DNA of 64,000 nt from Ignavibacteriota bacterium (GCA_963801355.1 CAWDEM010000004.1:992001-1056000); one strand, 5' to 3'. Positions 9,021 to 19,054 are shown, numbered from the stretch's first letter. A program made the numbers and translations. The notes: generated from the sequence alone by a model not told the origin.

Positions 9021-9092
9021 GTACGCCATCTCTGCACTGAAGCAGTACGCCATCCCGACGCTGAATTAGTAGGCCATCCCGATGTTCAGGTT
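9021..9092 (-). repeat. Three degenerate 24-bp tandem repeats; one copy is the last 8 codons of the OMP gene
   Basis: GTACGCCATCTCTGCACTGAAGCA / GTACGCCATCCCGACGCTGAATTA / GTAGGCCATCCCGATGTTCAGGTT on the + strand. Confidence 0.8.
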
Positions 9093-9842
9093 GATGACGA
9101 ACCCTCCAAAATTTTCCTTGGTCGCTGCGACCGCTCCGGTACGCTCATTATAGAGTGATGGGAGCCCTCCGCCCGGAATATAGGTGAAATAGTAGCGGAA
9201 GTTGACTCCAAAGATGTTGGAACGTTCCGTGCCAAAGTTCGCACCGAGGCCGACGAATCCGCCGAATGTATAATGCGGTTGCCCTTTGCCGATGGCCTTG
9301 AAATAGTCCATCTGCTCGGGGAAGTAGCTGCCATCCGGCTGCTGGGTGAGCTGCACATACGGCATCATGTAGACCATCGTGGGTCCCACGCCGGCAGTCA
9401 AAAATGGGCGGAACGTATCCACGATATCGTCCCGGAATAACCGGTACTGAACACCACCCATCAGGGGGAGAACCAGGAAACGACTGAGCTTCCCCGGGGT
9501 GACGGAGATGCCATAGTAGTAATCGTAGTATTCGACTTCCCGCTCGTCCTTTGACTCGGAAACCGAAAACGAAAGAAACCACGAAAGGTCGGGCGTCACC
9601 GATCTCCGGTAGCTTGTTCCAAGACCGAAGCCGTCATTCGCCAACAGAATGTCCAGACTCCAGATGTTGGGATATCTGTCCGGGCTCGTCGGATCTTGTG
9701 GAAGGTTCCCTGCCTGCACCACGGTATCCCGGGATGATGCCGGATCCCACTGACGGCGGGGATCCTGGGCGACCGCCGATGTCACCGGAAGCAGTCCGCT
9801 CCCGGCGACGAGCAGGGTGAGCACAGTACGGCGCGCGTTCAT
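9066..9842 (-). CDS. Putative outer-membrane beta-barrel protein
   Basis: Signal peptide (AVAQ), alternating aromatic/Gly beta-strands, RPFLTAGVG, C-terminal aromatic residue (NLNIGMAY). Confidence 0.7.
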   Translation of the reverse strand: MNARRTVLTLLVAGSGLLPVTSAVAQDPRRQWDPASSRDTVVQAGNLPQDPTSPDRYPNIWSLDILLANDGFGLGTSYRRSVTPDLSWFLSFSVSESKDEREVEYYDYYYGISVTPGKLSRFLVLPLMGGVQYRLFRDDIVDTFRPFLTAGVGPTMVYMMPYVQLTQQPDGSYFPEQMDYFKAIGKGQPHYTFGGFVGLGANFGTERSNIFGVNFRYYFTYIPGGGLPSLYNERTGAVAATKENFGGFVINLNIGMAY

Positions 9843-9911
9843 TGCTCACACTCCTTTCTCTCACCAACAACATTCCTGTTCAAAAATAGGTTCTCGCCGG
9901 GCCAAAAGCAA

Positions 9912-11096
9912 TCAGAGGACACGGAACAGGGCGAACTTGAGGTACTCCGTTTCCGGCACTGTGGGAAGGACGGGGTGGTCTGGAGAAGCCCCGCGCCAGG
10001 CCAGCTGCTGGAGGGGCCGGTTGAGTTCGCGCGCCGCGGCATTGACCACCTCTACAAACGTCCCGGGAAGGATATGGTGGGAACAGGATGCCGTCGCCAG
10101 AAATCCTCCGTTCACCAGGAGCGGCAATGCGGCCCGGTGCAGATCCCGGTATCCCTTCTTTGCGGTTGCGACGTTCTTCCTGCTCTTGGTGAACGACGGC
10201 GGATCCAGAATGATGAGGTCGAACCGGCGTTCTGCCGCAGCCATCCCGGCCAATGCCTCAAAGACATCGGCGTGCTGAAACGTGACATTGCCGGCTTTGT
10301 TGAGCGCCGCATTCCGTTCAGCGCGCTCTACCGCATCAGCAGAGCTGTCGATGCCGTGTGCGGAGATCGCCCCGCCGGCGGCTGCGTGCAGTGCGAATCC
10401 CCCGTCGTTGCAGAAACAGTCAAGCACGCGTGCTCCACGTGCGAACCGACGGATCAGCAACCGGTTGGCACGCTGGTCCAGGAAGAAACCCGTTTTCTGC
10501 CCGCCCAGGGGATCGACGATGAAGTGCACCCCCTCATCGATGATTTCCGTCGGCGTTGCACTCCCGCGAAGAATGCCCTTGCGGGGGGGGAGATGTTCGA
10601 GCGTTCGCTGGGACGATTCGTTGCGTTCGACGATGGAAGCGGGATGCAGCAACGCTTCGAGGGCATCGCAGACAGCGTCGATCCGTTGGTCCATGCCCGC
10701 CGCAAGAGTCTGAATCACGAGCTGGTCGTTAAACCTGTCGATGACCAGTCCGGGCAGGAAATCTCCTTCGCCGTGCACGAGCCGGTAGAAGGTGCTCCCC
10801 GGAAAGATTTTCTCGCGCAGTGCGAGCGCGGTCGCAATGCGCGTAGTGAAAAACGCTGCGTCGGGAGTGACCGGTGTCGCCGACAGGAACCGGAAGGCGA
10901 TCAACGAGTGAGGGTGGTACAATCCATAGCCCAGGCAGAGACCTCCGGCATCCCGGAGTTCAACAAGATCCCCCTGCGTCGGAGAACCCACCACGTCCCG
11001 GATCTCATTGCTGAATACCCAGGGGTGGCCGGCAAGGATCCGGCGTTCTTCATGACGCTTCAGCGTCAGGCGGGCAATCGGAGGAGAGGGGGGCAT
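9912..11096 (-). CDS. rlmI: 23S rRNA m5C1962-type methyltransferase (RlmI family)
   Basis: PUA-like GHPWVFSNEI, RLVHGEGDFLPGLVIDRF, GQKTGFFLDQR, ILDPPSF, PETEYLK; ATG 11096 fits the promoter position. Confidence 0.9.
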   Translation of the reverse strand: MPPSPPIARLTLKRHEERRILAGHPWVFSNEIRDVVGSPTQGDLVELRDAGGLCLGYGLYHPHSLIAFRFLSATPVTPDAAFFTTRIATALALREKIFPGSTFYRLVHGEGDFLPGLVIDRFNDQLVIQTLAAGMDQRIDAVCDALEALLHPASIVERNESSQRTLEHLPPRKGILRGSATPTEIIDEGVHFIVDPLGGQKTGFFLDQRANRLLIRRFARGARVLDCFCNDGGFALHAAAGGAISAHGIDSSADAVERAERNAALNKAGNVTFQHADVFEALAGMAAAERRFDLIILDPPSFTKSRKNVATAKKGYRDLHRAALPLLVNGGFLATASCSHHILPGTFVEVVNAAARELNRPLQQLAWRGASPDHPVLPTVPETEYLKFALFRVL

Positions 11097-11120
11097 AAGC
11101 GCAGTCGCAATGTGATGATT

Positions 11121-11149
11121 AATGTACCAACAACTCCCCCGAACTTCAA
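11121..11149 (-). promoter_or_regulatory. Sigma70-type promoter for rlmI-OMP: TTGAAG-N17-TACATT
   Basis: Read on the minus strand, 17-nt spacer, 24 nt upstream of the rlmI ATG. Confidence 0.65.
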
Positions 11150-11158
11150 GCGGACGGA

Positions 11159-11187
11159 TTGAATATGGGCACGCTCGTACGTATATT
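11159..11187 (+). promoter_or_regulatory. Sigma70-type promoter for the HAD-gfo-cca operon: TTGAAT-N17-TATATT
   Basis: 17-nt spacer in an AT-rich divergent intergenic region. Confidence 0.7.
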
Positions 11188-11223
11188 AATTGTTTAGCAT
11201 GAATATTCTCTGGAAGCGATCGT

Positions 11224-11901
11224 ATGGTGACACCCGACCGGCTTGCGTGCATGATCTTCGACATCGACGGAACGCTCGCGCGGACAAATCAATTGATCTT
11301 TGCGACCTTCAACCATGTGGCACAACTCCACCTCGGGCATACATTCACGCCGCAGGAGATCGTCAGCCACTTCGGTCCGCCTGAAGAGGGTGCCGTTGCC
11401 GAAGTGTTCGGTGTGGACATGGTTCCGCGCGTCATGGACGAAATGTGCGCGTACTACCGCGCCCACCACAAAGAGATGGCCGAAGTCCATGAGGGCATTG
11501 TACCGGTGCTTGCCATGCTCCGCCGTCACGGGATCCGGCTCGCCGTGTTCACCGGGAAGGGCCGCCGGACAACCCTGATCACGCTCGAAGAGCTGGGGAT
11601 ATTGCCGTTCTTCGAACACATTGTCACCGGGAACGACGTGCGCTGTTTCAAACCGCATCCGGAAGGAATCCTCCAGATTCTGGATGCCTTCCATGTGTCT
11701 CCCCACGCAACGGTCATGGTCGGGGATTCCCTGATGGATTTGATGGCAGCCCGGGATGCAGGGGTGGCGTTCGCGGGCGTCTTGTGGGATGCGTATGACC
11801 GGTCCCGCCTGCTCGGCGCACATCCGGAGCGTGCGTTCTCGACTGTGGGGGAGTTTGAGGTGTGGTGCAGTTCCCGCCTGAATGGAGGGATGCCGTCATG
11901 A
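11224..11901 (+). CDS. HAD-superfamily hydrolase (PpaX/phosphoglycolate phosphatase-like)
   Basis: FDIDGTL motif I, FTGK, KPHPEG, MVGDS..D. Confidence 0.88.
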   Translation: MVTPDRLACMIFDIDGTLARTNQLIFATFNHVAQLHLGHTFTPQEIVSHFGPPEEGAVAEVFGVDMVPRVMDEMCAYYRAHHKEMAEVHEGIVPVLAMLRRHGIRLAVFTGKGRRTTLITLEELGILPFFEHIVTGNDVRCFKPHPEGILQILDAFHVSPHATVMVGDSLMDLMAARDAGVAFAGVLWDAYDRSRLLGAHPERAFSTVGEFEVWCSSRLNGGMPS

Positions 11902-11929
11902 CTGTCGAACATCAGCACAGGCCCCCGGC

Positions 11930-12922
11930 ATGAACGCATTGCGTATTGGTGTCATCGGCGTCGGGCATCTGGGTGCACTCCATGCCAAGATGCTCTCGGC
12001 CATCCCCACGGCACACCTCGTAGGCGTGTTCGACACGGATCCGGAAAAGGCCCGCAAGGCCGCCGCCGAAAACGGGACAACGGCATATGCAACACTGGAC
12101 GAGCTGCTCGGCCAGGTGGAAGCCGTCACTGTCGCCACGACGACAACAACGCATTTTGAGATTGCCGGTCAGGCGATCGCCCGCGGGCTGCACGTGTTTC
12201 TCGAAAAGCCGATCACGCAGACTGTCGCTGAGGCCAATCAGCTGTGCGCTCTCGCCGCCGAGAGAAAACTCGTTGTCCAGGTAGGGCATATCGAACGGTT
12301 CAACCCCGCAATACTCGCCCTGGAGGGGTATGACATCGCACCGCTCTTCATCGAGACGCATCGTCTCGCACAGTTCAAACCCCGCGGAACGGATGTGGCC
12401 GTGGTGCTGGACCTCATGATCCACGACATCGATCTGATTATGACGTTCGTCAAGTCTCCCGTCAAACAGATCGACGCCAGCGGAGTCGCCGTGGTGTCGG
12501 ATACCATCGACATCGCCAACGCCCGGATCCAGTTTGAAAACGGTTGCGTGGCGAACGTGACGGCAAGCCGCATCTCCCAGCGGTCGATGCGGAAAATGAG
12601 ACTGTTCCAGCAGAATGCCTACATTTCCATCGATTTTGCCGAGGGTCTGGCCGAAGTCTTCCGGTTGATGCCCGAAGATGCTCCCGAGATCCGGGGGACA
12701 ATGGTCCTCGGAGAAATGGGCATCGGGAACAAACGCAAGAAGATTATTTACGAACAGCCGGAAACCCGCGAAGTGAATGCATTGCGGTACGAACTGGAAC
12801 TATTTGTCAACGCGGTGCAGACCGGCGGGACACCGGTGGTGACGGCGGATGATGCCCGGCGCGCACTCGAAGTTGCGACAAGTATTCTGCAGAAGATCGA
12901 TCAACAACAATTGCCCGCGTGA
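11930..12922 (+). CDS. Gfo/Idh/MocA oxidoreductase, GnnA (UDP-GlcNAc 3-dehydrogenase)-like
   Basis: GVIGVGHLG, LEKPI, QVGHIERFNPA, RGTDVAVVLDLMIHDID, ANVTASRIS. Confidence 0.85.
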   Translation: MNALRIGVIGVGHLGALHAKMLSAIPTAHLVGVFDTDPEKARKAAAENGTTAYATLDELLGQVEAVTVATTTTTHFEIAGQAIARGLHVFLEKPITQTVAEANQLCALAAERKLVVQVGHIERFNPAILALEGYDIAPLFIETHRLAQFKPRGTDVAVVLDLMIHDIDLIMTFVKSPVKQIDASGVAVVSDTIDIANARIQFENGCVANVTASRISQRSMRKMRLFQQNAYISIDFAEGLAEVFRLMPEDAPEIRGTMVLGEMGIGNKRKKIIYEQPETREVNALRYELELFVNAVQTGGTPVVTADDARRALEVATSILQKIDQQQLPA

Positions 12923-14407
12923 ATGACGACCGCATCAGACAGAGTGGATCTCTCACATCCCCTGCTGCACCGGATCGGAGGCATCGCCGACCGGTCGGGA
13001 TGGGAGGTCTATGTGGTCGGCGGGTACGTGCGTGACCTGCTCCTCGGACGAAGTTGCCAGGATATTGACATCCTCGTCATGGGGGATGGCATTGCGTTTG
13101 CCCGGCGTGTTGCGGAGGATCTTGGAATCGACACCGTGGTGACCTTCGATCGCTTCGGCACCGCGATGATCCCCCTGTCGGAAGGGAAACTGGAATTTGT
13201 GGGGGCGCGCAAGGAACGCTATGGGGGAGAGTCGCGGAAGCCCGACGTGTCGCCCGGCACACTCGCGGACGATCTGCGCCGCCGGGACTTCACCGTGAAC
13301 GCGCTTGCCGTGGCCCTCAATACCGGACGGTACGGTGTGCTGCTTGACCCGTTTGACGGCCGGAAGGATCTCACGGCACGGCGGTTGCGCACTCCGCTTG
13401 ACCCGGCGGAAACATTCGACGATGATCCCCTGCGCATGCTGCGCGCACTCCGGTTTGCCGCGCAACTGGATTTCACGGTCGATCCGGAAGTCCTGCAGGC
13501 CATCGGCACGATGAAACAGCGGCTGAGCATCGTGTCGCAGGAACGCGTCACCGAGGAGCTGTTGAAGATGCTGAAGAGCCGGAAACCCTCCACCGGGTTC
13601 ACACTCATGGCGCAGACCGGCATCCTCCAGAGTGTGCTTCCGGAAATCGCGGCCATGGCCGGTGTGGACCAGCGGAACGACTTTCATCACAAAGACGTTT
13701 TCCTGCATACCTGCACGGTGGTCGACAACGTCGCCGCGGTGAGTGAAAATCTCTGGCTTCGTTTTACGGCCCTGGTGCATGATATTGCCAAGCCGCGCAC
13801 GAAGGCGTACCAGGAGGGGGTCGGCTGGACTTTTCACGGCCACGAAGAGGTCGGCGCCCGGATGATGAGGAAGCTCTTTCACCGCCTCCGTCTTCCCCTG
13901 GTGCATCTACCGTATGTTGAGAAGCTTGTCCGTCTTCATCTCCGCCCCATGGCGCTGGTGGGCGATCTGGTCACCGATTCGGCTGTACGCCGTCTTCTGG
14001 TGGATGCGGGAGAGCAGGTGGACGATCTGATGATGCTCTGCCGGGCGGACATTACATCAAAAAACCCCGCACTTGTCGGCCGGTACCTTCGGAACTACGA
14101 CCGTGTGGCCGAAAAAATGCGGGAGGTCGAAGAAAAAGACCGGTGGCGGAGCTGGCAGCCCCCGGTGCGCGGCGAAGAAATCATGTCCATGTGCGGCCTT
14201 GCCGAGGGACCCAGAGTTGGTGTGCTTAAAAGGGCCATCGAAGATGCCATACTGGACGGCGTTATCCCCAATGAACACGATGCAGCGTTGGCGTATTTGC
14301 TGCGTATTAAAGACGATGTGCTTGCCGGCCTGCCCGAAAACCTCAAGAAACCCCCCCAACGGCGTCCCGGCAATGAAACTTTGGAAGGCGAAAAAGCGTC
14401 TAAATGA
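12923..14407 (+). CDS. cca: CCA tRNA nucleotidyltransferase / poly(A) polymerase family with HD domain
   Basis: VVGGYVRDLLL, DIDI, DLRRRDFTVNA, DDPLRMLRALRF, HDIAK. Confidence 0.9.
   Translation: MTTASDRVDLSHPLLHRIGGIADRSGWEVYVVGGYVRDLLLGRSCQDIDILVMGDGIAFARRVAEDLGIDTVVTFDRFGTAMIPLSEGKLEFVGARKERYGGESRKPDVSPGTLADDLRRRDFTVNALAVALNTGRYGVLLDPFDGRKDLTARRLRTPLDPAETFDDDPLRMLRALRFAAQLDFTVDPEVLQAIGTMKQRLSIVSQERVTEELLKMLKSRKPSTGFTLMAQTGILQSVLPEIAAMAGVDQRNDFHHKDVFLHTCTVVDNVAAVSENLWLRFTALVHDIAKPRTKAYQEGVGWTFHGHEEVGARMMRKLFHRLRLPLVHLPYVEKLVRLHLRPMALVGDLVTDSAVRRLLVDAGEQVDDLMMLCRADITSKNPALVGRYLRNYDRVAEKMREVEEKDRWRSWQPPVRGEEIMSMCGLAEGPRVGVLKRAIEDAILDGVIPNEHDAALAYLLRIKDDVLAGLPENLKKPPQRRPGNETLEGEKASK
14374..14403 (+). 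promoter_or_regulatory. ECF-sigma-type promoter TGAAAC-N17-CGTCTAA for the tolC-mac operon, inside the cca 3' end
   Basis: Matches the AAC...CGT pattern of SigW/SigM/RpoE-class promoters; about 70 nt upstream of the tolC ATG. Confidence 0.55.
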
Positions 14408-14472
14408 AGAAAGGTTCATTTCCGCTGATTTCCTCCCACGTATTCACTCACGAAAGAGAAATGGAGTGTACC

Positions 14473-15810
14473 ATGCGATTGAGTGCTGTAGCCCTGTGTG
14501 CAATCCTGCTGATGACAGGTCTGACGGCATTTGCTCAACCTCAGACAATGACACTGGAAGAGGCCACGCGAGTGGCCCTGGAACGCAACCTGAGTGTTCT
14601 CCAGGCGCAGAACATCTATGACGCTGCGGGGAGCAGTTCGCTGGCTGCGTACGGACGATACCTTCCCTCCTTAAGTGCCAGCGGTGGTTGGCAACGCAAT
14701 CAGCAAGAAGGGCCGATTTACACTCAAGGAGTCGCGATCCCGGGCACCAACCAGAAGGCCACCACCGGGAGCTTTTCGGCGGGTCTGAGCACATCGCTGA
14801 CGTTGTTTGACGGTTTCGTTCGCGAATCCAACTTGAACAGGGCTAATGCGTCACTGACCCAGGACAACCTTTCTCTGACCCGGACGCGGCAATCAATCGT
14901 CTATCAGGTCGAGAGCGCGTACCTCAACGTCTTGCGCCGCGAGCAGCTGGTCAGAGTGAGCGATGAGAACCTGAAGCGCGACGTTCGCCAGCTGGAGCGG
15001 ATAACGGAATCCAATCGCGTCGGCGCGCTGTCGCTGGCGGATGTCTACCGGCAGCAATCACAGGTGGCTGCAGACGAGCTCGCCCAGATCAACGCGCAGA
15101 ACGACTTCGACAAAGGAAAGGCGGATCTCGTGGCGTTGATCGGATTGGATGTTGCACAGGAGTTCAGCTTTGCCGATCCCGCATTTTCCGGATCCCTGGA
15201 TTCCGTGGAAATCAAGGCGACCAGGGAGAAATACCAGAGCCTGCGTGATCTCACCCGCCGGGCCCTGGTTGCGCGGCCGGACTTCCAGAGTTTGAAGGCG
15301 GGTCTCGATGCGGCGGAGTCGGGTGTGACCTCGGCGCGCGCGGGCTATCTTCCGAGTCTGAGCGCCAATGCCGGGCTGTCGGCAAACAATGAGACGTTCA
15401 AGGATCTCTTGGATTACAAGACGATGTATTGGGGTTTGCGGCTGAGTTGGACGCTGTTCGACGGGTTCGCGACAAATGCTTCCATTCAAAACGCCACAGC
15501 GACGAAACGCAATGCGGAGATCACGCTCGCGCAAACCGAGCGAAGCATCGGTGTCGAGGTGAAGAAGGCCCTTCTTGACCTTGACGCGGCTATGAAGCAG
15601 TATGACGTCAGCCAGAAGGGACTCACCTCTGCCACAGAAGACCGGAAAATAGCCGAAGAACGCTACAATCTTGGTGCGGGCACACTGCTCGATCTCCTGA
15701 CCGCAAATGCGGGGCTCGTGAATGCTGAAGCAAATGTCGTGAACGCCTCGTATAACTACATCATCGCGAAACGGAACGTCGAGTACGTACTCGGCGAGAG
15801 AGCATACTAA
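14473..15810 (+). CDS. TolC-family outer-membrane efflux protein
   Basis: Signal peptide, ALERN, YLPSLS repeated twice, TLFDGF twice, ERYNLGAGTLLDLL; GGAG SD before ATG 14473. Confidence 0.92.
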   Translation: MRLSAVALCAILLMTGLTAFAQPQTMTLEEATRVALERNLSVLQAQNIYDAAGSSSLAAYGRYLPSLSASGGWQRNQQEGPIYTQGVAIPGTNQKATTGSFSAGLSTSLTLFDGFVRESNLNRANASLTQDNLSLTRTRQSIVYQVESAYLNVLRREQLVRVSDENLKRDVRQLERITESNRVGALSLADVYRQQSQVAADELAQINAQNDFDKGKADLVALIGLDVAQEFSFADPAFSGSLDSVEIKATREKYQSLRDLTRRALVARPDFQSLKAGLDAAESGVTSARAGYLPSLSANAGLSANNETFKDLLDYKTMYWGLRLSWTLFDGFATNASIQNATATKRNAEITLAQTERSIGVEVKKALLDLDAAMKQYDVSQKGLTSATEDRKIAEERYNLGAGTLLDLLTANAGLVNAEANVVNASYNYIIAKRNVEYVLGERAY

Positions 15811-15831
15811 CCGCACAGAAGGAGCGCCGTT

Positions 15832-17091
15832 ATGGCAAAGAATGGAAAGAAAACACGCAAGAAGATCATCATTTTCGGTGTGCTCTTTCTGGTGATCGTG
15901 GCACTTGGCATCATCATTTTCCTCGGCAGTAAGAAAGAGCCGGTGATTCAAGTACAGGTAGAGAAGGCACAGCGTCGGACGGTGACCCAGGTGGTGACGG
16001 CGACGGGGAAGATTCAACCGGAGGTCCTCGTGAAAATCACCCCCGAAGTGAGTGGTGAAATCGTCGCCCTGCCGATCAAGGAAGGGCAAAAAGTGAAGAA
16101 GGGTCAACTGTTGATGAAAATCAAACCCGACTTCTACGTCGCCCAGCGCCAGCAGTTCGCGGCAGCTGTGCTTCAATCCAAGGCCAACCTGAGCCGCACA
16201 GAACCGGAATTCAGACGCGTGGAAACTCTATTCAAGAAGGGCATGGTCTCCCAGGCGGAATTCGATCAGGCGCGGGCCGCGTATGAGCAGAGCAAGGCTG
16301 CCTATGCGCAATCGAATGCATCGCTGAACCAGGCTGAAGAAAGTCTGCGGAAGACCACCATCGTTTCCCCGATGGACGGCACCGTCAGCCAGCTAAATTC
16401 CGAACTCGGTGAACGCGTGCTGGGCACCGTCCAGTTCCAGGGCACCGATGTCATGACGATTGCCGATCTTTCGCGCATGGAAGCGCGCGTTGATGTGAGC
16501 GAGAATGACGTCGTGCTGGTCTCGATCGGCGATACGGCTCGCATCTCGGTGGATGCCTTCCCTGACCGCAAGGCCAATGCCGTCGTGTACGAGATCGCCA
16601 ACACGGCCACCTCAAAGGGTCTGGGGACCCAGGAAGAGGTCACGAACTTCATGGTGAAGATGCGTGTCGTTGACGCATCGCTGTCGCTCCGTCCCGGCAT
16701 GTCCATGACAGCCGATATTGAAACCGAGACGAAGCACGACATCCTCTGTGTACCGATCCAGTCCCTTACGACGCGGGTGCCAAAGGTGGAGGTAAAGGAG
16801 GGCGAGCAGGCCGAACAGGCGCCGGTTGCGGCATCGACAAGTGCCAAGAAGAAAGAAGAGAACAAGGCCCAGGAAATTGTGTTTTTGGTGGAGAATGGCC
16901 AGGCCAAGAGCACACCGGTACGCCGGGGCATCAGCGACGACCAGTGGATAGAAATCACCAGTGGCTTGAAAGACAGTGTCCTCGTCGTCTCGGGCAGCTA
17001 TAAGGCCATCAACCGCGAGCTGGAGGACGGCAGCAAGGTCCGCATTGAAGAGCCGAAGAAGGATGTGCGCAAGAAACCCGCTGAAGGATAG
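15832..17091 (+). CDS. MacA-like periplasmic adaptor subunit
   Basis: N-terminal [28 protein letters not shown]. Confidence 0.92.
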   Translation: MAKNGKKTRKKIIIFGVLFLVIVALGIIIFLGSKKEPVIQVQVEKAQRRTVTQVVTATGKIQPEVLVKITPEVSGEIVALPIKEGQKVKKGQLLMKIKPDFYVAQRQQFAAAVLQSKANLSRTEPEFRRVETLFKKGMVSQAEFDQARAAYEQSKAAYAQSNASLNQAEESLRKTTIVSPMDGTVSQLNSELGERVLGTVQFQGTDVMTIADLSRMEARVDVSENDVVLVSIGDTARISVDAFPDRKANAVVYEIANTATSKGLGTQEEVTNFMVKMRVVDASLSLRPGMSMTADIETETKHDILCVPIQSLTTRVPKVEVKEGEQAEQAPVAASTSAKKKEENKAQEIVFLVENGQAKSTPVRRGISDDQWIEITSGLKDSVLVVSGSYKAINRELEDGSKVRIEEPKKDVRKKPAEG

Positions 17092-17095
17092 CACG

Positions 17096-17812
17096 ATGAA
17101 TGTCATTGAACTAAAAGATATCGTCAAGACGTATGACATGGGCGGGGCGGAGGAAGTGCACGCACTTCGGGGCGTCTCGGTGGCGATTGCCAAGAATGAG
17201 TATGTCGCCATCATGGGTCCTTCCGGCTCGGGAAAATCTACGCTGATGAACATCATCGGGTGCCTGGATACGCCGACTTCGGGGATATACCAGTTCAACG
17301 GTGTGAACGTCAGCGAAATGGACGACAATGCTCTGGCAAAGGTCCGGAACAAGGAAATCGGGTTCGTCTTTCAGACATTCAACCTGTTGCCCCGTTCGGA
17401 TGCCCTGCACAATGTCGAGCTGCCGTTGATCTACGGCGGCTTCGGTGCCGGCGAGAGGAAACAACGTGCACTGGAGACGCTGACCCACGTCGGCCTGGGT
17501 GATCGTGTCCATCATAAACCCAACGAACTGTCCGGCGGTCAGCGTCAACGTGTGGCGGTTGCCCGCGCACTTGTCACGCGGCCGTCTATCATCCTGGCGG
17601 ATGAACCAACTGGAAATCTCGACAGCAAGACGGGCGAGGAAATCATGGCGTTGTTCGAAGAGCTTCATCATCAGGGAAATACGATCATCCTGGTCACCCA
17701 TGAAGCTGACATTGCCGAACACGCCCACCGTGCAGTCCGGTTGCGTGACGGTCTCATCGAATCGGATGGACCGGTGCAACATCGCCGCGCTGCAGTAGCG
17801 AGTGTTGCGTGA
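17096..17812 (+). CDS. MacB/LolD-type ABC ATPase
   Basis: [39 protein letters not shown]. Confidence 0.95.
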   Translation: MNVIELKDIVKTYDMGGAEEVHALRGVSVAIAKNEYVAIMGPSGSGKSTLMNIIGCLDTPTSGIYQFNGVNVSEMDDNALAKVRNKEIGFVFQTFNLLPRSDALHNVELPLIYGGFGAGERKQRALETLTHVGLGDRVHHKPNELSGGQRQRVAVARALVTRPSIILADEPTGNLDSKTGEEIMALFEELHHQGNTIILVTHEADIAEHAHRAVRLRDGLIESDGPVQHRRAAVASVA

Positions 17813-17830
17813 GACAGAACGGAGCCGCAG

Positions 17831-19054
17831 ATGCACCTGCTTGCTGAAATCAAAGAGGGGTTGCTGATCTCCCTGCGGGCGATCCGGGCCAATAAATTGC
17901 GCTCGGTGCTGACGACCCTGGGTATCGTCATCGGCATCGTGTCCGTCACGCTGATGGCGACGGCGATCGAAGGGGTGGACCGTGCGTTTGCCCGCAGCGC
18001 TGCGGCGTTCGGAACCAATGTGCTCTACGTTCAACGCTTTCCATGGGTGTCCAATGAAGACTGGGCGTTCTACCGCAACCGGCGACGCCTGGAAGTCAGC
18101 TACGGGCAGAAGATCGAACGGCAGGCGAAATTGAGTGACGCCGTGGCCCCCGTGGTCCGCACCCGCAGACGGACGACCTACGGAAACCTGAGCATGGAAG
18201 ATGCGTTTGTGACCGGCACGACGCAAGCGTACATGATGGCTGCCGGTGTCACACTGGAAGACGGTCGGTTCTTCACTGTGGAAGAATCCAACGGCGGGCG
18301 CCCGGTCTGTGCGATCGGTGCGAATGTTGCGGAGACACTCTTTCCGCGTGAAGATCCCCTCGGCAAGGTGGTGCGCGTTGCCGGTCATCCCTATACCGTG
18401 ATCGGTGTTCTCGAGAAACAGGGCGGACTCTTCGGCACCTTCACATCCGACAACCTCGTGATCATCCCGCTCTTCTCGTTTCAAAGCCACTTCGGCAGCC
18501 GCCGCGATGCCACGATTCAGGTCAATGTTGCAGACGTGGCGAAGATGGAAGATGCCAAGATCGAACTGGAAGGCATCATGCGCAAGATCCGCCGGATCGC
18601 GCCCGGGAAGGAAAACGACTTCAACATCAACCAGCAGGAATTGCTGACCCAGACGTTCGCCCCCATCAGCCTGATCATCGCTTCTATCGGGCTCTTCATC
18701 ACCGGCCTCTCTTTGTTCGTCGGGGGGATCGGCATCATGAACATCATGTTCGTCTCCGTCTCGGAGCGCACCAAAGAAATCGGGATACGGAAAGCGATTG
18801 GGGCCCGCCGCCGCACCATCCTCATGCAATTTCTCATCGAGGCCGCAGCCCTTTGCCTGATCGGGGGCGTGATCGGCCTGGCAATCGCATTCCCGTTGAG
18901 TCTTGTCGTCGATCAGGTCCTTCCCACGGCGATGCCCCTATCGGTCGTGGCGATCGCCATCATCATCTCCCTTGTGGTCGGACTCGTGTCAGGGTTCCTG
19001 CCGGCGTACCGGGCCGCCAAAATGGATCCGGTGGAGGCACTGCGGTATGAGTAG
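17831..19054 (+). CDS. MacB/FtsX-type ABC permease 1
   Basis: LRSVLTTLGIVIGI, GGIGIMNIMFVSVSERTKEIGIRKAIGA, DPVEALRYE. Confidence 0.94.
   Translation: MHLLAEIKEGLLISLRAIRANKLRSVLTTLGIVIGIVSVTLMATAIEGVDRAFARSAAAFGTNVLYVQRFPWVSNEDWAFYRNRRRLEVSYGQKIERQAKLSDAVAPVVRTRRRTTYGNLSMEDAFVTGTTQAYMMAAGVTLEDGRFFTVEESNGGRPVCAIGANVAETLFPREDPLGKVVRVAGHPYTVIGVLEKQGGLFGTFTSDNLVIIPLFSFQSHFGSRRDATIQVNVADVAKMEDAKIELEGIMRKIRRIAPGKENDFNINQQELLTQTFAPISLIIASIGLFITGLSLFVGGIGIMNIMFVSVSERTKEIGIRKAIGARRRTILMQFLIEAAALCLIGGVIGLAIAFPLSLVVDQVLPTAMPLSVVAIAIIISLVVGLVSGFLPAYRAAKMDPVEALRYE

Noticed and set aside
8866-9069. 67-aa + strand ORF in the uvrA-OMP gap
   Set aside because: No SD or recognisable motif; it crosses the palindrome, hairpin and repeats, which explain the sequence better
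11097-11264. N-terminal extension of RlmI
   Set aside because: Spans both divergent promoters and overlaps the HAD gene
17111-18829. 572-aa minus-strand ORF
   Set aside because: Antisense shadow of the ABC ATPase and permease, typical of high-GC codon bias
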